Assembly: GCA_964035545.1 (NCBI GenBank)
Contig: CAXIUT010000183.1
Coordinates: forward strand, 1,240,001-1,304,000
Reading direction: 5' to 3'
Origin: Bugula neritina
Taxonomy: Eukaryota > Animalia > Bryozoa
DNA length: 64,000 nucleotides
Notes under the pieces: model-generated
Seen by the model: only the letters and a program-made list of their open reading frames with translations
What the model was told of the DNA's origin: nothing
The model's database searches: none
Position numbers and translations under genes: made by a program
Part shown: piece by piece, positions 1 to 10,100 of the stretch
Layout: every line of letters starts with the position of its first letter
Numbering within the stretch: position 1 is the first letter of the stretch

Positions 1-3000
1 CTATAGTGCGTTGTACCTGCTTCAGTAAGTAGAGTTTGGCCTGCCGTAGATCTTCCACGGTGATGAGATCAGATTGGATTCCCTTAAAACTTTTGTATTT
101 GAAGATGTTGCGAACTCGAGCTATTGTCCATGTTAGACTCTTGAGGCTGCTGAAATTTTCATATTTAATAAATGATTGGACTTCTGTTGATGCAGTGACG
201 GTGTAAACTATTTTCTTCTCTCCAAAGACAAGCTCATTCGAGTCAGATGGCGATTTTATATCCCATTGATCCTCAGGCAGATAGAGAAAATTTGGGCCTC
301 TCCACCATTCACTCTCAGGTTCAATGTCATTGACAGGCTTCCCTCTTGTAAGCCAATCTGCTGTGTTTTCCTTGCCACTTACCCAGTGCCAGCAGCTCAT
401 ATCCCCATTGGTTGCTCCCTGAATTTCTCCGATGCGTACACCCTCGTAAACATGAAACCTTGTTGACTTCTTTTGGAGCATCTTGAACACCGTTTCAGAA
501 TCTATAAGCTGATAAACTTTCTCAAACTCATAGCGCATTTCAGTCTTAATAACTTGTCTGCCTCTCTTTGACCATACGGCCGCATTGAGTTTTAGTTGAG
601 GAATCTTGAGTTGTCGTTTTATGGGTGCTATACGACATTTAGCCGTAGCTTTGTTTACCCCTTTAGCAGTCACTTTAGATTCTGCCCTCTCATTGGCCGA
701 AACAGGCGTGGATTGTGTGATAGAGGTACTGCTAGTAAATTCATACTTTCTTTTAATCTTTATAGACATGGACGTAGAGTCATTGACTTCTAAAGATCTG
801 TTCAACTGTCCAGAACCGATTTGTTCTGCAAACTCAGTGACTGGGTCTCCCGGGCTCTGTAACGGGTCTGAGTCATTGGCTGACTCAATCATACAACATT
901 CAGTGGCTATAGTATGTGATTCACTACAATCTATAATAGCCTGAGGTCTTGAAAATGACTCTGCAAACTGACTGGGAGATGTGTCGGGACTATAGATACT
1001 GTAGGCCGGCGAAGAAACTGTAGACAAGTCTAAATCACAACTGTTGAGCGTGTCGTTGTGAATGATTTGAGAAAATTCAACTTTCTCTAACTTCTCATGC
1101 GTCATGGTAGCCTGTACATGAAAGGATGAGGATGGAAGTGTAGAAAAGTTGCTAAGGGCCGGGTGTGATCCCTGCACACACAGTCCAAAGGGTCCAGAAT
1201 ATACATAGAGGTGCGGTCCTGCTTGATCAACTTGATGTTTTGGATGCAATCCAAGAAGATCGTTACCAATTAGCAGGTCGATAGGTCCCGTCTTCTTCAA
1301 TAGCTTGCTAGTGTCTACTTTTGGAAACAGAGATCCGAGTATGTTTGCATCAAGTGGCCTGTTGATAGCCCCTGTGAGTTTCCGAAGGCTGTAAGCTAAA
1401 ATCGCAAAGGTCCTTCCTTTTGGAGTTTGTAACTTTACTTCATAAATAGTAGAAGTTTCACTAACTTCATGTTCACCAAGTGTGTTCATTTCCAAATTCA
1501 CCTTATCTATCTGTCGCGCACCCCACGCTTTAGCAGCTCTCTCCGATATGAATGACGCATTGGATCCGCCGTCAAAGAATATAATAGCTGTATGAGATGT
1601 ACCCACTACTTGAGCCTGCTGAATGGCAAATACTGTCGCATTTCCTGGATGATTGTGCGCTCCATGATTGGGAGACACACGGACCGTGGTGCTAACAGCA
1701 GACGCTTCAGAATTCTCGTTACTCTTGTGCTTAATTTGATCAGCTTTTGCTTTATTCTTGTTGGTATTACAATTGGTATGTGTATTAGTTTCAGCTGATT
1801 TGATGCACAATAATACATGGTGGGTTGTTTTATCACAGACTGAACAAGGGGTTCGGAAATTTGGACAACGCTTAGGCTCATGGGCACCCAAGCACCTAAC
1901 ACATAGAGAATTAGTTTTTATTAACTTGTATCTTTCATCTACAGACAACGCCAAGAAATTTCTGCACTCAACAAGACAATGACGCTCACTGCGATGAATA
2001 AAACAGTAATTCTCACTATCAATGATTTTGCTATTATTAGTAGACCTGTTACTACTAGACTTTGGGCTACTGCTTTTAGTGTGGAACGCTTTCACCTTCT
2101 GTTTATGCATACTGGAGGACTGTGGGTTTACGGTGTCTATGCGTCTGAGGGCTATCTGCCGTTCCTGCTCTAGAAACCTCATGAGGTGTGGGAATGGCTT
2201 GATTCTTTCCTCGTGAGTAAGTATGTGAAAGTGTCTATCCCAGTCCCGTCTAATGCTTGTAGGTAATAGGTTTGCAAGAGTATCGACTTGTGGCAGCGTA
2301 ACAGTTTGCAAAAGTCCCACTTCACCGAGTTGGCTGTACGAACTTTCCACTGCATTGGCCATTTTGACGAGTTCTCGTGCATTTCCTTCCCTTACTGGCT
2401 TTAGTTCTTGTAGATTGTTGAAGACTGCTTGCACACTCATGCTAGGATCATTGTAGACCTCTTCTAATCTACACATCATTCTCTCGTAAGCTTGAGGCTG
2501 AGTTGCGAAGATTGGCTGAACCATCTCCAGAGCTTCGCCTGTGAGAAATTTTTTTAATTCGCAAGCCCTATCGACATCATCGTAAAACATAGTGGCATAC
2601 CTTAGCCACACTGACCTAAATTCCGGCCAATGGTATCTAGTGCTGTTAAATGGCTTGGGTTGTGAATGAGTTTTATGTATAGATGAATTGAAGTTATTTC
2701 CACCTGTATGTCTAGAGTCATTACTTATTTGACTAGTTCCTTTAGGGTAGCTATCATATGCATTGACAACCGAGGAAGTTGCGCCGCGGATTAAAGACTC
2801 AGAATGAGCTGCACGATCAGGACTACCATGTAGATCACGTACTGAGAACGTAGAAGAACGAACATCTCTGACATTGGTACTTGCTATGACACCTGGATTT
2901 GATGCCAAAGCTTCACCGGATGTGTGATCTTCCCATAGTACCTGCCTATCACTACCGCTTGCTGTGATACCTGGATTTGGTGCAAGAGTAGCCTCATGTG

Positions 3001-3706
3001 TGCTAGGCTGTGATCTAGGAGGAAACAACCGACTCGACGCGACCATAGTCGGTGCATGACTCGCGCCGTCTGAAGGTGACCCCCCACCCACACCGCTCTC
3101 CGCGAGACCGGACTGGGCCACGGACGGATCAGATTCACGGTGTTCGAAATTCATGCTCTGTGACTGAGCCCTTGACATAAGAGTAAACTTAGACATACAA
3201 TAATCTAAAGATAAAATAACTTCATCTAGTTCTAATAATAAATCAGAAAAACCTATGTTATCTGCCAAACTTTCTGAAAGAGCTACACATTTCCTATGAT
3301 GTTCAGTGATAAGAGTATTGTCAGTACAATCAGTAGCTAATCCATTGGCTTTCCTAATTGCTAAAATAAGGCTGTGCTTGATCTTATAGAATTTGCTATG
3401 CCAAGTATTACAGTCAGCAATGGCTTTGTCATAACTAGCCTTTACAGCTTGATAGTACTCTACTGGACTCATCTTATTAACATAAGCAATGTCTTTCATA
3501 GACTCTTCTGATGAAACATATTCCAAAAAGTCATAATGGATAGTTAGAAACTCTTGATATGTAGATTCAAGCTGAGATCGCAGGCATTCCACTTGTATAG
3601 GGTTGCTACTAGAGATTGCTGATTCTATGAGATTAGTTAGCATTGTTACCTTAGACCTCAGAGTAGTACGTTGCTTCTTGAGATTAACTATGTCCTGTCG
3701 GTCCAT
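1..3706 (-). CDS. BEL/Pao Gag-protease-(no RT)-partial RNase H polyprotein, at least 1235 aa, open past the left edge
   Basis: Manual translation from the ATG at 3706 (in-frame TAG TAG upstream at 3778-3773) gives MDRQDIVNLKKQRTTLRSKVTMLTNLIES ... EDLRQAKLYLLKQVQRTI, with no stop or frameshift down to position 2. It is absent from the ORF track, probably because no stop codon lies in the window. Confidence 0.92.
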   Translation of the reverse strand, partial: MDRQDIVNLKKQRTTLRSKVTMLTNLIESAISSSNPIQVECLRSQLESTYQEFLTIHYDFLEYVSSEESMKDIAYVNKMSPVEYYQAVKASYDKAIADCNTWHSKFYKIKHSLILAIRKANGLATDCTDNTLITEHHRKCVALSESLADNIGFSDLLLELDEVILSLDYCMSKFTLMSRAQSQSMNFEHRESDPSVAQSGLAESGVGGGSPSDGASHAPTMVASSRLFPPRSQPSTHEATLAPNPGITASGSDRQVLWEDHTSGEALASNPGVIASTNVRDVRSSTFSVRDLHGSPDRAAHSESLIRGATSSVVNAYDSYPKGTSQISNDSRHTGGNNFNSSIHKTHSQPKPFNSTRYHWPEFRSVWLRYATMFYDDVDRACELKKFLTGEALEMVQPIFATQPQAYERMMCRLEEVYNDPSMSVQAVFNNLQELKPVREGNARELVKMANAVESSYSQLGEVGLLQTVTLPQVDTLANLLPTSIRRDWDRHFHILTHEERIKPFPHLMRFLEQERQIALRRIDTVNPQSSSMHKQKVKAFHTKSSSPKSSSNRSTNNSKIIDSENYCFIHRSERHCLVECRNFLALSVDERYKLIKTNSLCVRCLGAHEPKRCPNFRTPCSVCDKTTHHVLLCIKSAETNTHTNCNTNKNKAKADQIKHKSNENSEASAVSTTVRVSPNHGAHNHPGNATVFAIQQAQVVGTSHTAIIFFDGGSNASFISERAAKAWGARQIDKVNLEMNTLGEHEVSETSTIYEVKLQTPKGRTFAILAYSLRKLTGAINRPLDANILGSLFPKVDTSKLLKKTGPIDLLIGNDLLGLHPKHQVDQAGPHLYVYSGPFGLCVQGSHPALSNFSTLPSSSFHVQATMTHEKLEKVEFSQIIHNDTLNSCDLDLSTVSSPAYSIYSPDTSPSQFAESFSRPQAIIDCSESHTIATECCMIESANDSDPLQSPGDPVTEFAEQIGSGQLNRSLEVNDSTSMSIKIKRKYEFTSSTSITQSTPVSANERAESKVTAKGVNKATAKCRIAPIKRQLKIPQLKLNAAVWSKRGRQVIKTEMRYEFEKVYQLIDSETVFKMLQKKSTRFHVYEGVRIGEIQGATNGDMSCWHWVSGKENTADWLTRGKPVNDIEPESEWWRGPNFLYLPEDQWDIKSPSDSNELVFGEKKIVYTVTASTEVQSFIKYENFSSLKSLTWTIARVRNIFKYKSFKGIQSDLITVEDLRQAKLYLLKQVQRTI
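260..643 (-). other. N-terminally truncated, degenerate BEL/Pao RNase H domain
   Basis: AKCRIAPIKRQLKIPQLKLNAA ... LIDSETV ... VRIGEIQ ... WHWVSGKENTADWLTRG ... WWRGPNFLYLPEDQW. The first acidic motif (FxDAS-like) is absent, and the Glu of IPRLEL reads Lys (AAA at 592-590). Confidence 0.85.
1160..1600 (-). other. Retrotransposon aspartic protease domain (DUF1758-like)
   Basis: AIIFFDGGSNASFISERAA (catalytic Asp codon 1573-1571) ... GPIDLLIGND ... YSGPFGLCVQGSHP. Boundaries are approximate. Confidence 0.9.
1805..2005 (-). other. Three Gag zinc-knuckle motifs (BEL/Pao type)
   Basis: CFIHRSERHCLVEC ... ERYKLIKTNSLCVRCLGAHEPKRC ... CSVCDKTTHHVLLC. Confidence 0.9.
2160..2659 (-). other. Gag capsid-like domain (DUF1759-like) within the polyprotein
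   Basis: PKPFNSTRYHWPEFRSVWLRY...ELKKFLTGEALEMVQPIFATQPQAYERMMCRLEEVYNDP...LANLLPTSIRRDW...HLMRFLEQE follows the BEL/Pao Gag pattern (PxFxGxxxxWxxF; LKxxLxGxA; YxxxxxxLxxxY). Boundaries are approximate. Confidence 0.85.
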
Positions 3707-3729
3707 GTCAGCCTCAGCAATATTGGTAC

Positions 3730-4180
3730 TGTATCGGTTTGTGTTTGTGTCTGGTTGCAAGATATGCTTTAACTACTAGCCAACTTGGCAACAGGTTTTC
3801 GAGTTTATTAACTGTCAAATCTTACCCTATAAAATGGGAAACATTAGAAATTGTATAAATAAGTAGTCACAATATAAATCAAAATTCAGAGGAACACTAT
3901 GAATATTACAAAACCAAAAAATTGACATGAACTATTATAATTCTAATAAACTTACAATATTGATGCGTGGATAAAAATCTTAGCCATCACAATGCCGAAA
4001 CCGATAGTTTATTCATACAAAGAGTGTAAATATGGCGGTTTGATCATGATACACTGACTCATGCAGTACAGTGAATGAACTAGCTCTGCCAGCTAATAGT
4101 AGCTTTGGTGAAAGCTTTTGAAGCTTGAAAGCTTTAATGATTGGCTGCCTGCCAATACTTCTGGGTGGCATACCAATACA
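3730..4180 (-). repeat. 5' LTR (451 bp) of the BEL/Pao element
   Basis: On the + strand it begins TGTATCGG and ends CCAATACA (8-bp terminal inverted repeat, 1 mismatch). Both boundaries are fixed by the second copy at 11966-12416. Confidence 0.95.
3804..3809 (-). promoter_or_regulatory. Candidate polyadenylation signal (AATAAA) in the LTR
   Basis: TTTATT on the + strand, ~75 nt before the LTR 3' end in element orientation. A second AATAAA lies at 4008-4013. Confidence 0.45.
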
Positions 4181-7100
4181 ATACTGAAATATACTGCAAC
4201 ATACTGCAACATACTGAAATACACAGTAACATACTGAAATAAACTGCAACATACTACAACATATTGAAATACACTGCAACACATTGAAATATACTGCAAC
4301 ATACCTAAATATACGGTAATATACTGAAATTCACTGTAACGCATTGCAAAATACTGCAACATACTGAAATTCACTGCGACACACTGAAATACGCTGCAAA
4401 ATACTACAACATACTGAAATAAACTGTAACATGTTGAAATACACTGCAACACATTGAAAAATACTGCAACATACTGAAATATACTGTAACACACTGAAAT
4501 ATACTGCAACATACTGAAATACACTGTAACATACTGAAATATACTGCAACATACTGAAATACACTGCTACATACTGAAATATACCGCAACATACTGCAAC
4601 ATACTGCAATACACTGTAAAATACTGAAATACACTGCAACATACTACTACAACATATTGAAATACACTGCAACACATTGAAATACACTGCAACTTACCGA
4701 ATATATGGTAAACTACTGAAATATACTGTAACGCATTGAAAAGTACTGCAACATACTGAAATATACTGTAACACACTGAAATATACTGCAACATACTGAA
4801 ATACACTGTAACATACTGAAATATACTGCAACATACTGAAATACACTGCTACATACTGAAATATACTGCAACGTACTGCAACATACTGCAGCATACTGAA
4901 ATACACTGTAACATACTGAAATACACTGCAACATACTACCACATATTGAAATACACTGCAACACATTGAAATGTACTGCAACATACCGAAATATATGGTA
5001 AACTACTAAAATATACTGTAACACATTGAAAAATACTGCAACATACTGAAATATACTGCGACACCTAGCAATATACTGTAACATACTGAAATATGCTCTA
5101 GCACACTGAAATACAATGCAACTTACTGAAATATACTGCAACATACTGAAATACACTGCAACATCCTACAATATGCTGAAATACACAGTAACATATTGAA
5201 ATACACTGCAACACTTTGAAATATACTGCAACATACCGAAATATATGGTAAACTACTGCAACATACTACAACATACTGAAATACACTGCAACACATTGAA
5301 ATATACTGCGACATACCTAAATATACGGTAATATACTGAAATATACTGTAACACATTGAAAGATACTGCAACATACTGAAATATACTGTAACACACCGAA
5401 ATATACTGCAACATACAGAAATACACTGTAACATACTGAAATACACTGCTACATACTGAAATATACTGCAACATACTGCAACATACTGAAATACACAGTA
5501 ACATACTGAAATAAACTGCAACATACTACAACATATTGAAATACACTGCAACACATTGAAATATACTGCAACATACCTAAATATACGGTAATATACTGAA
5601 ATTCACTGTAACGCATTGCAAAATACTGCAACATACTGAAATTCACTGCGACACACTGAAATACGCTGCAAAATACTACAACATACTGAAATAAACTGTA
5701 ACATGTTGAAATACACTGCAACACATTGAAAAATACTGCAACATACTGAAATATACTGTAACACACTGAAATATACTGCAACATACTGAAATACACTGTA
5801 ACATACTGAAATATACTGCAACATACTGAAATACACTGCTTCATACTGAAATATACTGCAACATACTGCAACATACTGCAATACACTGTAAAATACTGAA
5901 ATACACTGCAACATACTACAACATATTGAAATACACTGCAACACATTGAAATACACTGCAACTTATCGAATATATGGAAAACTACTGAAATATACTGTAA
6001 CGCATTGAAAAAGACTGCAACATACTGAAATATATTGCGACACATTGCAATATACTGTAATATACTGAAAAATGCTGTATCACACTGAAATATACTGCAA
6101 TTCGCTGAAATATACTGCAACATACTGAAATACACCGCAACATCCTACAACATACTAAAATACACTGTAACATTTCGAAATACACTGCAACACATTGAAT
6201 TATACTGCAACATAACGAAATATATGGTAAACTACTGAAATATATTTTAACAAATTGAAAAATACTGCAACATACTGAAATATACTGTAACACACTGAAG
6301 TATACTGCAACATACTGAAATACACTGTAACATACTGAAATATACTGCAACATACTGAAATACACTGCTACATACTGAAATATACTGCAACGTACTGCAA
6401 CATACTGCAGCATACTGAAATACACTGTAACATACTGAAATACACTGCAACATACTACCACATATTGAAATACACTGCAACACATTGAAATGTACTGCAA
6501 CATACCGAAATATATGAAAAACTACTGAAATATACTGTAACGCATTGAAAAAGACTGCAACATACTGAAATATATTGCGACACATTGCAATATACTGTAA
6601 TATACTGAAAAATGCTGTATCACACTGAAATATACTGCAATTCGCTGAAATATACTGCAACATACTGAAATACACCGCAACATCCTACAACATACTAAAA
6701 TACACTGTAACATTTCGAAATACACTGCAACACATTGAATTATACTGCAACATAACGAAATATATGGTAAACTACTGAAATATATTTTAACAAATTGAAA
6801 AATACTGCAACATACTGAAATATACTGTAACACACTGAAGTATACTGCAACATACTGAAATACACTGTAACATACTGAAATATACTGCAACATACTGAAA
6901 TACACTGCTACATACTGAAATATACTGCAACGTACTGCAACATACTGCAGCATACTGAAATACACTGTAACATACTGAAATACACTGCAACATACTACCA
7001 CATATTGAAATACACTGCAACACATTGAAATGTACTGCAACATACCGAAATATATGGTAAACTACTAAAATATACTGTAACACATTGAAAAATACTGCAA

Positions 7101-10100
7101 CATACTGAAATATACTGCGACACCTAGCAATATACTGTAACATACTGAAATATGCTCTAGCACACTGAAATACAATGCAACTTACTGAAATATACTGCAA
7201 CATACTGAAATACACTGCAACATCCTACAATATGCTGAAATACACAGTAACATATTGAAATACACTGCAACACTTTGAAATATACTGCAACATACCGAAG
7301 TATATGGTAAACTACTGCAACATACTACAACATACTGAAATACACTGCAACACATTGAAATATACTGCGACATACCTAAATATACGGTAATATACTGAAA
7401 TATACTGTAACACATTGAAAAATACTGCAACATACTGAAATATACTGTAACACACCGAAATATACTGCAACATACTGAAATACACTGTAACATACTGAAA
7501 TACACTGCTACATACTGAAATATACTGCAACATACTGCAACATACTGAAATACACAGTAACATACTGAAATAAACTGCAACATACTACAACATATTGAAA
7601 TACACTGCAACACATTGAAATATACTGCAACATACCTAAATATACGGTAATATACTGAAATTCACTGTAACGCATTGCAAAATACTGCAACATACTGAAA
7701 TTCACTGCGACACACTGAAATACGCTGCAAAATACTACAACATACTGAAATAAACTGTAACATGTTGAAATACACTGCAACACATTGAAAAATACTGCAA
7801 CATCTTGAAATATACTGTAACACACTGAAATATACTGCAACATACTGAAATACACTGTAACATACTGAAATATACTGCAACATACTGAAATACACTGCTA
7901 CATACTGAAATATACTGCAACATACTGCAACATACTGCAATACACTGTAAAATACTGAAATACACTGCAACATACTACTACAACATATTGAAATACACTG
8001 CAACACATTGAAATACACTGCAACTTACCGAATATATGGTAAAATACTGAAATATACTGTAACGCATTGAAAAGTACTGCAACATACTGAAATATATTGC
8101 GACACATTGCAATAAACTGTAACATACTGAAAAATGCTGTAGCACACTGAAATACACTGCCATTCACTGAAATATACTGCAACATACTGAAATACACCGC
8201 AACATCCTCCAACATACTGAAATACACTGTAACATATTGAAATACACTGCAACACATTGAAATATACTGCAACATACCGAAATATATCGTAAACTACTGA
8301 AATATACTGTAACACATTGAAAAAAACTGCAACATACTGAAATACACTGTAACATACTGAAATACACTGCAACATACTACCACATATTGAAATACACTGC
8401 AACACATTGAAATGTACTGCAACATACCGAAACATATGGTAAACTACTAAAATATACTGTAAAACATTGAAAAATACTGCAACATACTGAAATATACTGC
8501 GACACCTAGCAATATACTGTAACATACTGAAATATGCTCTAGCACACTGAAATACAATGCAACTTACTGAAATATACTGCAACATACAGAAATACACTGC
8601 AACATCCTACAATATGCTGAAATACACAGTAACATATTGAAATACACTGCAACACTTTGAAATATACTGCAACATACCGAAATATATGGTAAACTACTGC
8701 AACATACTACAACATATTGAAATACACTGCAACACATTGAAGTATACTGCAACATACCTAAATATACGGTAATATACTGAAATATACTGTAACACATTGA
8801 AAAATACTGCAACATACTGAAATATACTGTAACACACCGAAATATACTGCAACATACTGAAATACACTGTAACATACTGAAATATACTGTAACATACTGA
8901 AATACACTGCTACATACTGAAATATGCTGCAACATACTGCAACATACTGAAATAAACTGCAACATACTACAACATATTGAAATACACTGCAACACATTGA
9001 AATATACTGCAACATACCTAAATATACGGTAATATACTGAAATTCACTGTAACGCATTGCAAAATACTGCAACATACTGAAATTCACTGCGACACACTGA
9101 AATACGCTGCAAAATACTACAACATACTGAAATAAACTGTAACATATTGAAATACACTGCAACACATTGAAAAATACTGCAACATACTGAAATTTACTGT
9201 AACACACTGAAATATACTGCAACATACTGAAATACACTGTAACATACTGAAATATACTGCAACATACTGAAATACACTGCTACATACTGAAATATACTGC
9301 AACATACTGCAACATACTGCAATACACTGTAACATACTGAAATACACTGCAACATACTACAACATATTGAAATACACTGCAACACATTGAAATACACTGC
9401 AACTTACCGAATATATGGTAAACTACTGAAATATACTGTAACGCATTGAAAAATACTGCAACATACTGAAATACACCGCAACATCCTACAACATACTGAA
9501 ATACTTTGTAACATATTGAAATACACTGCAACACATTGAAATATACTGCAACATAACGAAATATATGGTAAACTAATGAACTATATTTTAACACATTGAA
9601 AAATACTGCAACATACTGAAATACACTGCAACACATTGAAATATACTGCAACATACCGAAATATATGGTAAACTACTGAAATATACTGTAACACATTGAA
9701 AAATACTGCAACATACTGAAATATACTGTAACATACTGAAATAAACTGCAACATACTACAACATATTGAAATACACTGCAACAAATTGAAATATACTGCA
9801 ACATACCTAAATATACGGTAATATACTGATATTCACTGTAACGCATTGCAAAATACTGCAACATACTGAAATTCACTGCGACACACTGAAATACGCTGCA
9901 AAATACTACAACATACTGAAATAAACTGTAACATATTGAAATACACTGCAACACATTGAAATATACTGCAACATAACAAAATATATGGTAAACTACTGAA
10001 ATAGACTTTAACACATTGAAAAATACTGCAACATACTGAAATACACTGTAACATACTGAAATATACTGCAACATACTGAAATATGCTCTAGCACACTGAA

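Larger units (their letters stand above)
1..4180 (-). mobile_element. BEL/Pao LTR retrotransposon, RT-less (non-autonomous); 3' part lies outside the window
   Basis: A 451-bp TG...CA LTR at 3730-4180 is followed on the minus strand by a single gag-pol-like ORF. It carries BEL/Pao-type motifs: DUF1759-like Gag, three Cys/His knuckles, FFDGGSNASFI protease, and RNase H-region motifs AKCRIAPIK, NTADWLTRG and WWRGPNFL. The right flank ATACT (4181-4185) matches the TSD of the solo LTR. Confidence 0.95.

Noticed and set aside
266-3138. Short ORFs in the track at 266-3138 (both strands)
   Set aside because: They are antisense or alternative-frame shadows of the long minus-strand polyprotein ORF and show no recognisable motifs.
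1-3706. Domesticated host gene derived from Gag-protease
   Set aside because: It retains an intact LTR with a matching TSD and an apparently identical solo LTR nearby, which indicates a recently mobile element rather than a fixed host gene.
4013-4282. LTR-satellite read-through ORFs (also 11631-12054, 12249-12518, 51214-51636, 56202-56567)
   Set aside because: These are chance fusions of the stop-free satellite strand with insertion edges; there is no evidence of coding function.
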